Positions 18,856 to 29,230 of a stretch of 64,000 nt of DNA are shown one piece after another. The translations under genes were made by a program, and so were the position numbers. The stretch is from contig CAVOYH010000005.1 in NCBI GenBank assembly GCA_963700635.1, positions 160,001 to 224,000 on the forward strand, read 5' to 3'. How positions within the stretch are numbered: the stretch's first letter is position 1; every line of letters starts with the position of its first letter. The notes beneath the pieces were generated by a model, which was not told the DNA's origin, ran no database searches, and saw only the letters and a program-made list of their open reading frames with translations. This DNA is from an uncultured Bacteroidota bacterium. GTDB lineage: Bacteria > Bacteroidota > Ignavibacteria > UBA10030 > UBA6906.

Positions 18856-19716
18856 ATGAGACACCACGTTGCTGTTCTAACGGCGGTACTGCTGGTTGCC
18901 GCCGGACTCCAGGACGCGTACGCAGATGATCCCACGACACTCCGCATGAAACTGGAGAAGGGAAAAAGTTATGTGTATGCCGATGCTGTTCGCGCGGACG
19001 TGACCCAGGAGATGGGCGGACAGGAAATGAAGATTAATACACATTCGCTTGTTGTGAGCCGGATTTCCGTGGAGGGGATTCGTCAGGATGGCTCATTTTC
19101 CCTGATCACCGTCGTGGATTCTCTCCTCTCGTCGGTTAAATCACCCATGCAGGACACCACGAGACTGATGACCGAGATGATGGGGAAACGCTCCCGGGTG
19201 GTTCTTTCACCCCTCGGCAAGGTCGTGGAGCGCGCCGTCATCGATTCGGTGAAGGGGTCACGGCAGATGATGCGCGGTTCTGCAGTCCGCGAGGTGGTCC
19301 GCTTCCACACACTTCCCGAGCAACCCGTGATTCCGGGTTCGCAGTGGACGGTCTCGACGCTGGATTCAACAGATGCGATGAACGGACACATGGTGACCGC
19401 GTATACAATCACGTACACCTTCGCCGGAAATGAAGAAAAAGGTGGGAGGCGTTGCGTCAAGATCACCTACACCGGAACGATGACCATCGAAGGGAAGGGC
19501 TCGATGATGGGGATGGAGGTCTTTTCAGAGGGGAAGGGGACACTCAGCGGAACCTGGCATTTTGATCCGCAGGCAGGTCTTACGGTCGCCGAGGAAGGTC
19601 TTCTGGATACCGACGTCACCCTGGCAATGACCGGCCAGCAGAACATGACCATCCCCATTACATCCTCAACAAAGGTCAGCCGCTCCCTCAGGTCGGCGGA
19701 AGCGATCACTAAATGA
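18856..19716 (+). CDS. Secreted beta-rich hypothetical protein (DUF6263-like)
   Basis: Signal peptide; 'LRMKLEKGKSY', 'LPEQPVIPGSQWT'; SD GGGAG. Confidence 0.6.
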   Translation: MRHHVAVLTAVLLVAAGLQDAYADDPTTLRMKLEKGKSYVYADAVRADVTQEMGGQEMKINTHSLVVSRISVEGIRQDGSFSLITVVDSLLSSVKSPMQDTTRLMTEMMGKRSRVVLSPLGKVVERAVIDSVKGSRQMMRGSAVREVVRFHTLPEQPVIPGSQWTVSTLDSTDAMNGHMVTAYTITYTFAGNEEKGGRRCVKITYTGTMTIEGKGSMMGMEVFSEGKGTLSGTWHFDPQAGLTVAEEGLLDTDVTLAMTGQQNMTIPITSSTKVSRSLRSAEAITK

Positions 19717-21027
19717 GCGGCGCGCGGATGGGACGTCTTCTGGTGCTCCTGCTTGCGGTGCTGCTCGGGTTGCAGGGTTTTGCCTTTGCAGAGCCTGATG
19801 AACATGCGGCGCGCCGGGCGGTTGTACTGGGGCTGCTGGATTCGTCGGCCGGACTTGTGCTACGATCGGCGGAAATGCAGATGCGGTCCGGCGATGCGAA
19901 TCACCGGTTCCGTCAGGAGAGTCATCTCCTGTATCTGACGGGTGAGAACAGGCCGGGTCTTACGCTTCTGCTCGCCCCCCGGGGAATTCAGGTGGGCGAT
20001 ACGCTGGTACAGGTGGTTCTGTTTGTGCAGAAGGGAAGTGCCGACGGCGCGCCTCCACTCCGTCCGCTTCCGGATGGCATCACGGCTGACTACCGGCAGT
20101 TCACAGAAGTGCTCCTGGCACTTGCTCCCCATCTGAAGACTCTCTACGCATCATCGTTATCACCCGGCTTCGTGAACGACTGGCTCAACAACACTCCCCT
20201 GTTTCTGGAACGGGAGAGCAGGAAGGCATTCGAAAAAAAATTCCCGCAGGTAAAGGTGAAGAAGTGCCGGGACGCTTGTCGGGCAGGCAAGGGTGATCAA
20301 GAGTCCGTGGGAGGTTGACCGGATCCGTACATCGATCGCCGCGACGGGAGAGGGGTTGCGGCGTGTTATGGAATTGTGCAGGCCGGGAATGCGGGAGTAC
20401 GAGCTGCAGGCTGTGGTGGAGTACGAAATGATGCGCCGCGGCGCTTCAGCCCCTGCGTTTCAGTCCATCATCGGGTCCGGACCAAACGCCTTGATCCTGC
20501 ACTACGAGCACAACAGGCGGACTCTCGCCGCCGGTGAACTTGTGGTGATGGATGTGGGGGCGGAGATTGACGGTTATGCGGCGGACGTTACGCGCACGAT
20601 TCCGGTCTCGGGTACTTTCACAGCTGAACAGCGTACAGTCTACAACGCCGTGCTGCGCGCGCGGGATTCGGTTGTCTCGCGTATCCGGAGTGGTTTGCCA
20701 TGGGCGGAGCTGGATCGGGTAGCCAAAGCGGTTCTTGCCGCAGAAGGTTTTGGGAGCTTCTGGCGTCATTCGGTATCCCATTTTCTGGGGATTGATGTTC
20801 ACGATGTCGGGAAAATGGACACCTTGCGCGCGGGGATGGTGTTGACGGTTGAGCCGGGTGTTTATATCCCCGAAAACGACACTACCGTGGCTGCACACTT
20901 CAGGGGGATTGGCGTACGGATTGAGGACGACGTTCTTGTGACCCAGTCGGGGGCAGTTGTGTTGAGCGACGGTATTCCCCGGACGGTCAAAGAGATTGAG
21001 AAGTTGATGAAAAAGGGGAAAAAGTAG
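19713..21027 (+). pseudogene. pepP: Xaa-Pro aminopeptidase (M24B), split by an apparent +1 insertion near 20262 (probably a sequence error)
   Basis: N-part 'FRQESHLLYLTG'; C-part 'IKSPWE', 'ILHY', 'DVG', 'ADVTRT', 'HFLGIDVHD', 'TVEPGVY', 'RIEDD'. Removing one A gives 'KVKSAGTLVGQARVIKS'. Confidence 0.85.
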
Positions 21028-21044
21028 GGCCTATCACTTTCTTC

Positions 21045-21092
21045 TTGACTTTGTGATATGTAAATGATATCATTACAATATCACAAAGGAGG
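21045..21092 (+). promoter_or_regulatory. sigma70 promoter overlapped by a 40-bp palindromic operator, followed by an SD site
   Basis: TTGACT (21045-50), 17 bp spacer, TATCAT (21068-73); palindrome CTTTGTGATAT-GTAA-ATGATATCAT-TACA-ATATCACAAAG at 21049-21088; AAAGGAGG at 21085-92. Confidence 0.8.
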
Positions 21093-21099
21093 TCTGTAA

Positions 21100-21972
21100 A
21101 TGGATGCCATCCGTGAGATTCCCGCCAATCGAGTAAGTGGATTTGTGGCGCTGGTATTTGTGATTCTGTTATGGGCCATTGCGGTCTGGTTGCTGGTAGA
21201 CCTGATCCTGATACGACAACCGGTTCTGCTCTGGATCGATGTTCCGCTTTTTGTCCTTGCCGGGCTGCTTCTCAGCGGGTTTTATGTAGTCCAGCCGAAC
21301 GAAGCCCGGGTTCTCGTATTCTTCGGACGGTATATCGGTTCGGTACGTGAAGCCGGATTCTGGTACTCAAATCCCTTTGCCGTCAAGCGTCATGTCTCAC
21401 TCCGGATCCGCAATTTCAACAGCGACCGGCTTAAGGTGAATGACCTGCAGGGTAACCCGATTGAGATCGCCGCGGTGGTCGTCTGGCGTGTTGTGGATTC
21501 GGCGAAAGCACTTTTTGACGTGGAGAATTACGAAGGTTTTGTTGCGATTCAGAGCGAGACCGCAATCCGGGCGATGGCGTCACGGTATCCGTATGATGCA
21601 CATGTTGAGGGGCAGCCCTCCCTGCGCGGAAATCCGGATGAGGTCTCGGAAACCCTTCGCGTGCAGGTGCAGGCCCGACTGGATGTCGCCGGCGTTGAAA
21701 TCCAGGAAGCGCGGATCAGTCATCTCGCCTATGCGCAGGAGATCGCCCAGGCCATGCTGAGGCGTCAGCAGGCGGAAGCGATTGTTGCGGCCCGCCAGAA
21801 AATCGTGGAGGGTGCCGTGGGGATGGTCGAAAGTGCACTCAAGATGTTGAGTGAGCAGAAAGTCATCGAACTGGACACAGAGCGGAAGGCCGCAATGATC
21901 AACAACCTGCTGGTCGCGCTGGTGTCCGAACATGAAGTACAGCCGGTGATCAACGCAGGATCACTTTATTAA
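21100..21972 (+). CDS. SPFH (band 7/stomatin-prohibitin) membrane protein
   Basis: Two N-terminal TM helices, '[16 protein letters not shown]', '[18 protein letters not shown]', '[10 protein letters not shown]'. Confidence 0.9.
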   Translation: MDAIREIPANRVSGFVALVFVILLWAIAVWLLVDLILIRQPVLLWIDVPLFVLAGLLLSGFYVVQPNEARVLVFFGRYIGSVREAGFWYSNPFAVKRHVSLRIRNFNSDRLKVNDLQGNPIEIAAVVVWRVVDSAKALFDVENYEGFVAIQSETAIRAMASRYPYDAHVEGQPSLRGNPDEVSETLRVQVQARLDVAGVEIQEARISHLAYAQEIAQAMLRRQQAEAIVAARQKIVEGAVGMVESALKMLSEQKVIELDTERKAAMINNLLVALVSEHEVQPVINAGSLY

Positions 21973-22190
21973 TGAGTGACAAGAAGCGCTTTCTCCTCCG
22001 CGTGAACGGTGAGCTGTACGAGGTAATGGAAAAATGGGCGGCTGATGAGTTGCGGAGTGTCAACGCGCAAATAGAGTTTCTGCTTAGTGAAGCCGCCCGC
22101 CATGCCGGGCGGCTTCGGCACAACAATCCCCCTCCGGCTTCCGATCCCCCTACCGAAGACACATCCCGCGCGGACTCTCCTACTGCTTGA
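21972..22190 (+). CDS. Arc-like ribbon-helix-helix DNA-binding protein
   Basis: 'KKRFLLRVNGELYEVMEKWAADELRSVNAQIEFLL'; TAATG coupling to the SPFH gene. Confidence 0.85.
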   Translation: MSDKKRFLLRVNGELYEVMEKWAADELRSVNAQIEFLLSEAARHAGRLRHNNPPPASDPPTEDTSRADSPTA

Positions 22191-23222
22191 GATGGATAGT
22201 CTGCGTGGGAAAGGCAAACTGAATCCCTTCCGCTCCGAACCGCCGTGCGATCGCCAGGTTGATCGTCTCCTGCGTGTTCATGTACTGCGCATAGTCAGGA
22301 TTCTCCGACGTAATAGACGATCTCAAAGAGAAGTGCAAAGTCCCCGAACGACTTGAAATGGGCCCGATCGAAGCGGGCCAGCGGCACCGATGAGACAATG
22401 TCCTGCAACCACCCCGGAATCTTTTCCAGCTTTTCGGCCGGTGTCTGGTACTCAACACCGATCGAAAACAGTATCCTGCGTTCCTGCATACGCTTAAAAT
22501 TCCTGATCCGGGTGTGCAACAGATCGGTGTTGGAGATGACGATCTGCTCACCCGACAGGCTCCTGATGCGTGTGGTCTTGAGTCCCACATGCTCGATGTT
22601 CCCGCTCAGCGTGTCCACCACAATAAAATCCCCGATGACAAACGGTTTGTCGAGTGCAATGGAAAGCGATGCGAATAAATCACCGAGGACGTTCTGCAGT
22701 GCGAGGGCGACGGCGATGCCGCCGATACCCAGGCCGGCCACCAGCGCGGTGACGTCGACGCCCAGATTATCCAGCGCCAGCAGCAGAACAAGTGCCCAGA
22801 GCACAACTTTGCCCACGAAACTCAGCGCGGACAACGTCATGGCGCCCGTCGTATCGGTGCCCGTATGCTTGTTGTGTTGCGCGTGAAATGGCGAATGACA
22901 GCAGACCATTTCCCCAGACCCCGCCCTGGAGAAGCATGGTCAGGACAATGAAGATTCGCAGGATGTCCTGTACTTCAGCTGTTTTGTTCAGAATATGCGA
23001 CGCGGCATATATCGAAACCGCCATAAAAAAATAAAATCGCGTCCGCCCCAGAAGATCTACAATCAAATCGTCGATCTCATTTGTAGTCTTCTGCGCCAGT
23101 GTTCTTAGCCTCCGGACAACCAGACTCTTGATCAGTACGAGGAGGACGGTCCCGAGGAGGACCACGGCGGCAGCGACAATCCAGGTGCGGAGGGTATTAT
23201 CAAAATAGATTTCGTCGAGCAT
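22180..23222 (-). pseudogene. mscS: MscS-family mechanosensitive channel, split by two apparent +1 insertions (about 22872 and 22306)
   Basis: Three consecutive frames: TM N-part; 'ALVAGLGIGGIAVALALQ...DKPFVIGDFI...VGLKTTRIRSLSGE'; C-terminal 'GIQFAFPTQTIHL'. Confidence 0.85.
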
Positions 23223-23261
23223 GGCCAATGATTGGGTGTGAGAAGAAAATGTCGGTTACGT

Positions 23262-23994
23262 TCAGAACTTCACCGGGACTCCGGGAGTGAGTTCAAGCAC
23301 TTTTTTCCGCATCGGCACAGGGAGAAAAGTCTTAAGCTGTGCCGGCGTTCCCGAAAGGACCGGGAATGTTCCGTAGTGCATGCCGATGATGTGTTTCGGC
23401 TTGAGGAGCGTGCACGCATAGGCGGCTTCGCGCGGACCCATGGTGTAACATCCCCCGATGGGAAGCAGGGCGATGTCCGGCTTGTACAGTCGTCCGATGA
23501 TCAGCATGTCGCCGAAGACTCCGGTGTCTCCTGCATGATAAAGGGAGAGGCCGTTTTCCATGCGGATCACAAAGCCTGCCGGATCCCCGCCGGCGAGCAT
23601 CGCTCCACCGGGTTCGAGACCGCTGCTGTGTTCGGCATGGGTCATGGTCAGGGTGATCCCATCGGTCGTCATGCTGCCGGACTTGTTCATTGCGTGCACG
23701 TTGGTCAGCCCCTGGCTCTGCAGATAGACCGCGATCTCATAGATGGCGAATATTTTCGCCCCGGTGCGCCGTGCCAGCTCCACCGTGTTCCCGAGATGAT
23801 CAGCATGGCCGTGCGTCACACAGATCATATCGGCAGAAGAAATCGTGCGCGCCTCCGGCGGTGCGTTGGGATTTTCAAGCCAGGGGTCGATCAATATCGT
23901 TTTTCCGTTGGGACTGCGGAACAGGAAGGCGGAATGGCCGAACCAGGTGAGCGAGACCGTTCCGCGGGCGACAGTGCGGGAGCGTGGTGGTCAT
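23262..23994 (-). CDS. UPF0173 metal-dependent hydrolase (metallo-beta-lactamase fold); start codon apparently displaced by a +1 insertion near 23991
   Basis: In frame upstream of the called ORF: 'SLTWFGHSAFLF...ILIDPWL'; 'THGHADH', 'AEHSS', 'YHAGDT', 'MHYGTFP'. SD GGAGG + ATG 23994 is one base out of frame. Confidence 0.82.
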
Positions 23995-24106
23995 GAGAAT
24001 GGTTCCTCCGGAATGGTGACACGTGATCAGGCTCATAGTACCAAATTTCCAGCAATCTTCCTATATTAGTGTACAAGTTCGTCCCATTCACGCACAGGAT
24101 TTCTTC

Positions 24107-25606
24107 ATGCCCACTTTTCGTCAATCCGCTGCCTCTCTGGTCGCCGTAAGCGCTCTGGGGATCGCTGCCTGCGCGCAGCCCCGCTCGCTCACCATTCTCC
24201 ACACGAACGATATGCACGCTTCGTTTCTCCCGCGGGAGGCGGTCTGGGTGAAAGAAACACCGCGGCCAATGATCGGGGGGTTCAAACAGCTTGAATTTGC
24301 AGTGGATTCACTCCGTACGATCCGCAAAAATGTTCTGGTGCTGGATGCGGGGGATGTCATGACCGGAAATCCCATAACGGAGCGGGAATACCGCGGCGCA
24401 CAGGGCGGGGCACTGTTCGAAATGATGAACAGGATCGGCTATGACGCCTGGTGCATCGGGAACCATGATCTGGATATTTCACAGGCAAATCTTAAGGGAC
24501 TTGTTGCCATCGCGGACTTTCCCACGACCTCCGCCAACCTGGTGGACGACCGGTCGGCATTTCCGGTGGGGAACCGGCCCTATGTCATCATCGAGCGGGG
24601 AGGGCTGCGCATCGGGATCATCGGCCTTATCTCTCAGGATCTGTATGGTCTGGTGATTCAAACCAACCTGACCGGAATACGCGTGCTGTCACCGGTCGAG
24701 ACCCTGCAACGCTACATTGATGAACTGGACCCTCAGACAGATCTGCTGATCGCACTGACCCATCAGGGTGTCTCGGATGATTCTATGCTGGCTGCCAATG
24801 TTCGCGGGTTGGACCTTATTGTGGGAGGGCACTCACACACGCGGCTCACCTCACCCAGGGTGGTGAATGGCGTGTACATCGTCCAGGCGGGCTCGAATAC
24901 GGAGTATCTTGGTCTGGTGGATATGGACGTGGAAGACGACCGCATCACACGGCTCAACGCCCGGCTGCATCCCCTGTGGGCAAACACGGAGCGCCCGGGC
25001 ACGCCCCTTGGCAGCCTCATCGATTCCATGCAGGTGGAGATCGACCGGGAATATAGCGAAGTGATCGGAACGCTGAAAGGGGACTGGCTGCGCCGTGATA
25101 ACGCAAATTCCATCGGCAGCTACGTCACCGAAGCACAACGGGAGGCCGTCCAGGCGGACATTTGTTTTATGAACACCCACGGCATCCGGCGTGATATCCC
25201 CGCCGGTCCGATCACCAAACGCGCGCTCTTTGAGGCGCTGCCTTTCCGGAATGTCCTCGCGACGTTTCAACTTAGCGGCGCACAACTCCGGAGCGTGTTC
25301 GCCCACGCCATCAAGACCCGCTCAGCAATCCTGGCAACGGGGATAACGGGGCAATGGCAGTCGGAATCCGGCGGCAGGATCACCTTTCAGGATCTCCGTG
25401 TCGGCGGCAATCCGCTGGAAGACGGGCGGATGTACACCTGTACGGCCAACGATTACCTGATCGGCGAAGCCAAACGGTATCTTGGCGTGGAACTTCCCCA
25501 GGTCATCTATTTACAGCGCACCCTGTTCGCCACGGTGGAGGCGGCAGTCCGGAAGGACAAAGAAATTGTCCCCCACATCATTCTCGCACTCACCAGATCC
25601 CGATAA
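24107..25606 (+). CDS. 5'-nucleotidase / bifunctional metallophosphoesterase, lipoprotein
   Basis: Lipobox 'IAAC'; 'HTNDMH', 'DAGD', 'GNHD', 'THQG', 'GGHSH', 'LPFRN'. Confidence 0.88.
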   Translation: MPTFRQSAASLVAVSALGIAACAQPRSLTILHTNDMHASFLPREAVWVKETPRPMIGGFKQLEFAVDSLRTIRKNVLVLDAGDVMTGNPITEREYRGAQGGALFEMMNRIGYDAWCIGNHDLDISQANLKGLVAIADFPTTSANLVDDRSAFPVGNRPYVIIERGGLRIGIIGLISQDLYGLVIQTNLTGIRVLSPVETLQRYIDELDPQTDLLIALTHQGVSDDSMLAANVRGLDLIVGGHSHTRLTSPRVVNGVYIVQAGSNTEYLGLVDMDVEDDRITRLNARLHPLWANTERPGTPLGSLIDSMQVEIDREYSEVIGTLKGDWLRRDNANSIGSYVTEAQREAVQADICFMNTHGIRRDIPAGPITKRALFEALPFRNVLATFQLSGAQLRSVFAHAIKTRSAILATGITGQWQSESGGRITFQDLRVGGNPLEDGRMYTCTANDYLIGEAKRYLGVELPQVIYLQRTLFATVEAAVRKDKEIVPHIILALTRSR

Positions 25607-25626
25607 TACCGAGCGGAGATACATCC

Positions 25627-26334
25627 ATGAAATCATCGGCACAACACTTCCCCGTCCTGATCATCACCGGCAGACCGGCATCCGGCAAATCCGAACTGAT
25701 CGATTACCTGAAAAAATGCGACCCGGTCGAGCGAAAGAACCGATTCCGCATTGGTGAATTTGAAGAGCTTGATGATTTTATCTATGTGTGGGAAACGTTC
25801 GAAATAGACGATATGCTCACCCAGCATGGGAAACCACGCATCTGGACGGATGAAAAGTACTGGTTCAAGGATCATTTTATCTGGAACCTGTACATCGAGC
25901 GGATCAATCTGGAATACCGGAAGAAGCTGGCGAGGGATGCCGGGTATCATGACCGGATGACGACACTGATTGAATTTGCACGCGGGGGGGAAAACGGAAT
26001 CGAGGAAGCACTTAGCTATTTGCATGAAGAGGTCCTCAAACGCGCGCGGCTGATCTACATCCGGGTGTCGTATGAGGAATCCGTGCGGAAGAACCACCGG
26101 CGGGCGCGGAAGGGGATGGAGGATTCTATTCTCTACCACTCCTTGCCGGACGCGAAGATGGATTTCTACTACAAGATCAACGACTGGGAAAAACTCGAGG
26201 CACGTGATCCGAAGTACATTGAAGTGAAGGGTATAAAAATCCCCTACGCGGTGTTCGAAAATGAGCCCGAGAAGACCCTTGATCCGGTGGCTATCGGCAA
26301 TGAACTGGAGCGGGTGACAAAGCACCTGCCGTAA
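25627..26334 (+). CDS. Uncharacterised P-loop NTPase, nucleotide-kinase-like
   Basis: Walker A 'GRPASGKS', 'LIEFARG', 'YIRVSYEESVRKNHRR' lid-like basic motif; SD GGAG before ATG 25627. Confidence 0.65.
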   Translation: MKSSAQHFPVLIITGRPASGKSELIDYLKKCDPVERKNRFRIGEFEELDDFIYVWETFEIDDMLTQHGKPRIWTDEKYWFKDHFIWNLYIERINLEYRKKLARDAGYHDRMTTLIEFARGGENGIEEALSYLHEEVLKRARLIYIRVSYEESVRKNHRRARKGMEDSILYHSLPDAKMDFYYKINDWEKLEARDPKYIEVKGIKIPYAVFENEPEKTLDPVAIGNELERVTKHLP

Positions 26335-26419
26335 TACCTTCCCTTACGGAAGGAGGCCAGCGCCATAACCGAAAACACGCGCTCCTGCCGGAGTGTGCCC
26401 CTGGATTCTGCCCTCAGGG

Positions 26420-27766
26420 CTAGTGTTTTTTCCCCTGGGGGATTGCGTGCCAGATCATCCGCGTCAACCCGATCCCCATCACGGCAAACGGAATAAGGAA
26501 CACCGGCCAGTACTGCCAGTTCCATGACGTGATGAAGCCGAGGGAGAGAGACTGTACGCCGGTTCCCAGATACACCAGCCCGTCAATAAGTCCCACGGCC
26601 GTCGCCGCACCCTTCTTTCCGCCAAAATCCATCGTGGCCGTGCCGCTCAGCATTCCATGTGTGCCGATGACAGCCACCGAAACGACGCTGACCAACAGAC
26701 CGAGCAGTGTCGGGTTGCCGTAGAGAGAGAAGGTCATTGCAATGACGGCAAGCAGGAGTGCCGAGTACAGGATGCCGGCCACGGGTGCGCGGCGTGAGCC
26801 GAAGATGTGATCTGACATCCATCCAGCGAGCATCCCCCCCCCGGCACCCGCAATCATCAGCATGAGGCCCCAGTTATTCAGCCAGAACTCCCAGCCGCCC
26901 GCCGAAGCCGGGTCGGAAACGATCTGTTCTTTAGCGAAAATCGGAAACCAGTGCATCACGCCGTTACGGAGCACGCCGGTGCAGAATTCTATCAACCCGA
27001 CGATGATGATAACCCGGTTGGTGAAAATCCGCAGCAGAAGGGCTTTGAGATCAAACGGGGTATCGGCTTCGCCGGAAGAGGCGTCCCCGGTGTCAAAATC
27101 CGTGAAACCCGCCTGGCCGGGTGTGTCGCGGAGGGCAGCGATGTCGATCAACACCCAGAACAACAGGATCCCGGCGGGGATAAAGAACACCAGCCAGTAC
27201 TGGGGGCTGGCCGGACTCATTTGTTCCGTCAGGTTCACGATCGCCTGGCTCCAGTCGAACGCGAAGTACAACCCGAGGGAAATAAGGATGCCGAATATTC
27301 CTCCGAAGATTCCCCGTTCCCGCACGTGGAACCAGGAGGCGTTCACCTTCACGATTGCCACGGCCCCAAAACTCTGGAAGTACATGTTCATCGCATAGAT
27401 CACCGAGAACGCAACGGTAAGATTAACCGTCCATCGTTCGACGAGGATCCCGTACAAAACGATGCCGAGGAGGACATTCATAATCGCGGAGCCGCTTGCG
27501 CCGATCAGCATCGCGCGTTTTCCGCCGATCTTGTCGGTGAGCGGGCCGTTGATCAGAAAGGAAAAAGCGTAGGTGATGGTGCCTGCGGCGAAGATGATGC
27601 CAAACGCCTCCTTGGACATAAGATCCCCCAGCGCGTTCTTGGATACGGTGAGGTTGTACCGTGCCATATAGAGGAACGCGTAGGTAAGGCCGAGCGGAAG
27701 CCAGTTAAATGCCCGCCGGCGCCGGAATGCGGCTGAATGGAGAGGACGATCGGATGTGAGAGCCAT
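26420..27766 (-). CDS. MFS transporter, organophosphate:Pi antiporter (GlpT-like) family
   Basis: 'YAFLYMARYN', 'GPLTDKIGGK', 'WFHVRERG', 'GWMSD', 'GLIDG'; about 12 hydrophobic segments. Confidence 0.8.
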   Translation of the reverse strand: MALTSDRPLHSAAFRRRRAFNWLPLGLTYAFLYMARYNLTVSKNALGDLMSKEAFGIIFAAGTITYAFSFLINGPLTDKIGGKRAMLIGASGSAIMNVLLGIVLYGILVERWTVNLTVAFSVIYAMNMYFQSFGAVAIVKVNASWFHVRERGIFGGIFGILISLGLYFAFDWSQAIVNLTEQMSPASPQYWLVFFIPAGILLFWVLIDIAALRDTPGQAGFTDFDTGDASSGEADTPFDLKALLLRIFTNRVIIIVGLIEFCTGVLRNGVMHWFPIFAKEQIVSDPASAGGWEFWLNNWGLMLMIAGAGGGMLAGWMSDHIFGSRRAPVAGILYSALLLAVIAMTFSLYGNPTLLGLLVSVVSVAVIGTHGMLSGTATMDFGGKKGAATAVGLIDGLVYLGTGVQSLSLGFITSWNWQYWPVFLIPFAVMGIGLTRMIWHAIPQGKKH

Positions 27767-27930
27767 ACGCTGTCAGTCTGGTGAGGGATGCGTGAACGAT
27801 GTGATGCGCAATATAACTATTCGCTATCACAAATACCGCAGGAGACCTTCCCATCGTCTCCTTGACCAAGTCCTGTGTGTTTCGTATGTTTCAGAGCTTT
27901 CCGAAGCCCATTCACCTTCGAGGAGACGTC

Positions 27931-29193
27931 ATGCAACCAATCCTTGATCATGCGAATCTGTACAGGCTGCCCTGGACACTGCCTGACAATGCGATCAGCT
28001 GGCTGGAGCCGACAAGCTCGTGTAATCTTTACTGCGAAGGTTGTTACAGGAAAAACGATCCCCAGGGGCACAAATCCCTTGCCGAGATCCGCAAGGAGCT
28101 CGAAACATTTAATCGCCTGCGGAAAACAGACGGCGTGTCCATTGCGGGCGGGGATCCACTGACCCACCCGGATATTGAGAAGATTGTCGCGATGATCGCG
28201 GAGATGGGTCAGAAACCGATCATTAATACAAATGGACTGGCGCTCACACCGGCAAAACTGAAGGCCCTGAAGGCCGCAGGGGTAACCGGCTTCACGTTTC
28301 ACATCGACAGCGGGCAGAACCGTCCGCATATGAAGGGAAAGTCAGAACGGGAACTCAACGAACTCCGCCTCCACTATGCCCGTTTGTTGGCGGATGTTGG
28401 AGATATCTCCTGCGCGTTTAACGCCACGGTGTATGAACACACGTTAAAAGATGTTCCGGAGATTGTTGCATGGGGGCAGAAGCACATCGATATCGTGCAC
28501 ATTCTCGTGTTTATCGCCTACAGGGCCGCGCCCATTTACAAGGGGTATGACTACTTTGTCGGAGGGCAGAAGGTTGACATGACGCCGATCGCATACGCCG
28601 TTCAGGAAGACGTCAAAACGAGCATCATGTCCACGGACATCGTTGCGGAGATCCGGAAGGAGTATCCGGACTTCACGCCGTCGGCGTATCTGAACGGAAC
28701 GGAGCGACCCGATCATTTTAAGTGGCTTCTGACCATGCGGATTGGCACAAAGGAGAGGATCTTCGGCTACACCGGACCAAAATTTATGGAATTGGGGCAG
28801 AGCTTGCACCACTTGCTGCGCGGGACGTATCTTGCATATACGAAAATCAAGGTGCTCAGGCGCGCCCGCTCGATGCTCCTCCTGTCGCCTCTGGATGCGG
28901 GACTGTCCCGCACCATGTCGGCATATCTGCGTGCCGCATTCAGATCACCTTCGCTTTTCTTCAAGCGGCTGCACATGCAATCGGTCATGATCATTCAACC
29001 GGCTGATTTTATGCCCAACGGAACGTTGAGCATGTGTGATGGCTGTCCGGATATCACGGTCTACGACGGAAAACTGGTCTGGTCCTGCCGGATGGAAGAA
29101 CTCATCAACTTTGGAGATTGGATACGCCCTGTTCCTTCCGGCGATGGCGGGCAGGATCAGGATGTGCAGACGGACCAGGCAATGCCGCGCTAA
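27931..29193 (+). CDS. Radical SAM protein of unknown function
   Basis: 'CNLYCEGC', 'GGDPLTHP', 'NTNG'; extra C-terminal 'CDGCPD...WSC'; SD AGGAG. Confidence 0.85.
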   Translation: MQPILDHANLYRLPWTLPDNAISWLEPTSSCNLYCEGCYRKNDPQGHKSLAEIRKELETFNRLRKTDGVSIAGGDPLTHPDIEKIVAMIAEMGQKPIINTNGLALTPAKLKALKAAGVTGFTFHIDSGQNRPHMKGKSERELNELRLHYARLLADVGDISCAFNATVYEHTLKDVPEIVAWGQKHIDIVHILVFIAYRAAPIYKGYDYFVGGQKVDMTPIAYAVQEDVKTSIMSTDIVAEIRKEYPDFTPSAYLNGTERPDHFKWLLTMRIGTKERIFGYTGPKFMELGQSLHHLLRGTYLAYTKIKVLRRARSMLLLSPLDAGLSRTMSAYLRAAFRSPSLFFKRLHMQSVMIIQPADFMPNGTLSMCDGCPDITVYDGKLVWSCRMEELINFGDWIRPVPSGDGGQDQDVQTDQAMPR

Positions 29194-29230
29194 GCGGAAG
29201 CATCACCCCGATATCTACACCGGAGGTTAC

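Noticed and set aside
20233-20240. A8 run as a programmed frameshift or phase-variation site in pepP
   Set aside because: The first frame reads sensibly past it (FEKKFPQVKVK); the shift fits better about 25 bp downstream
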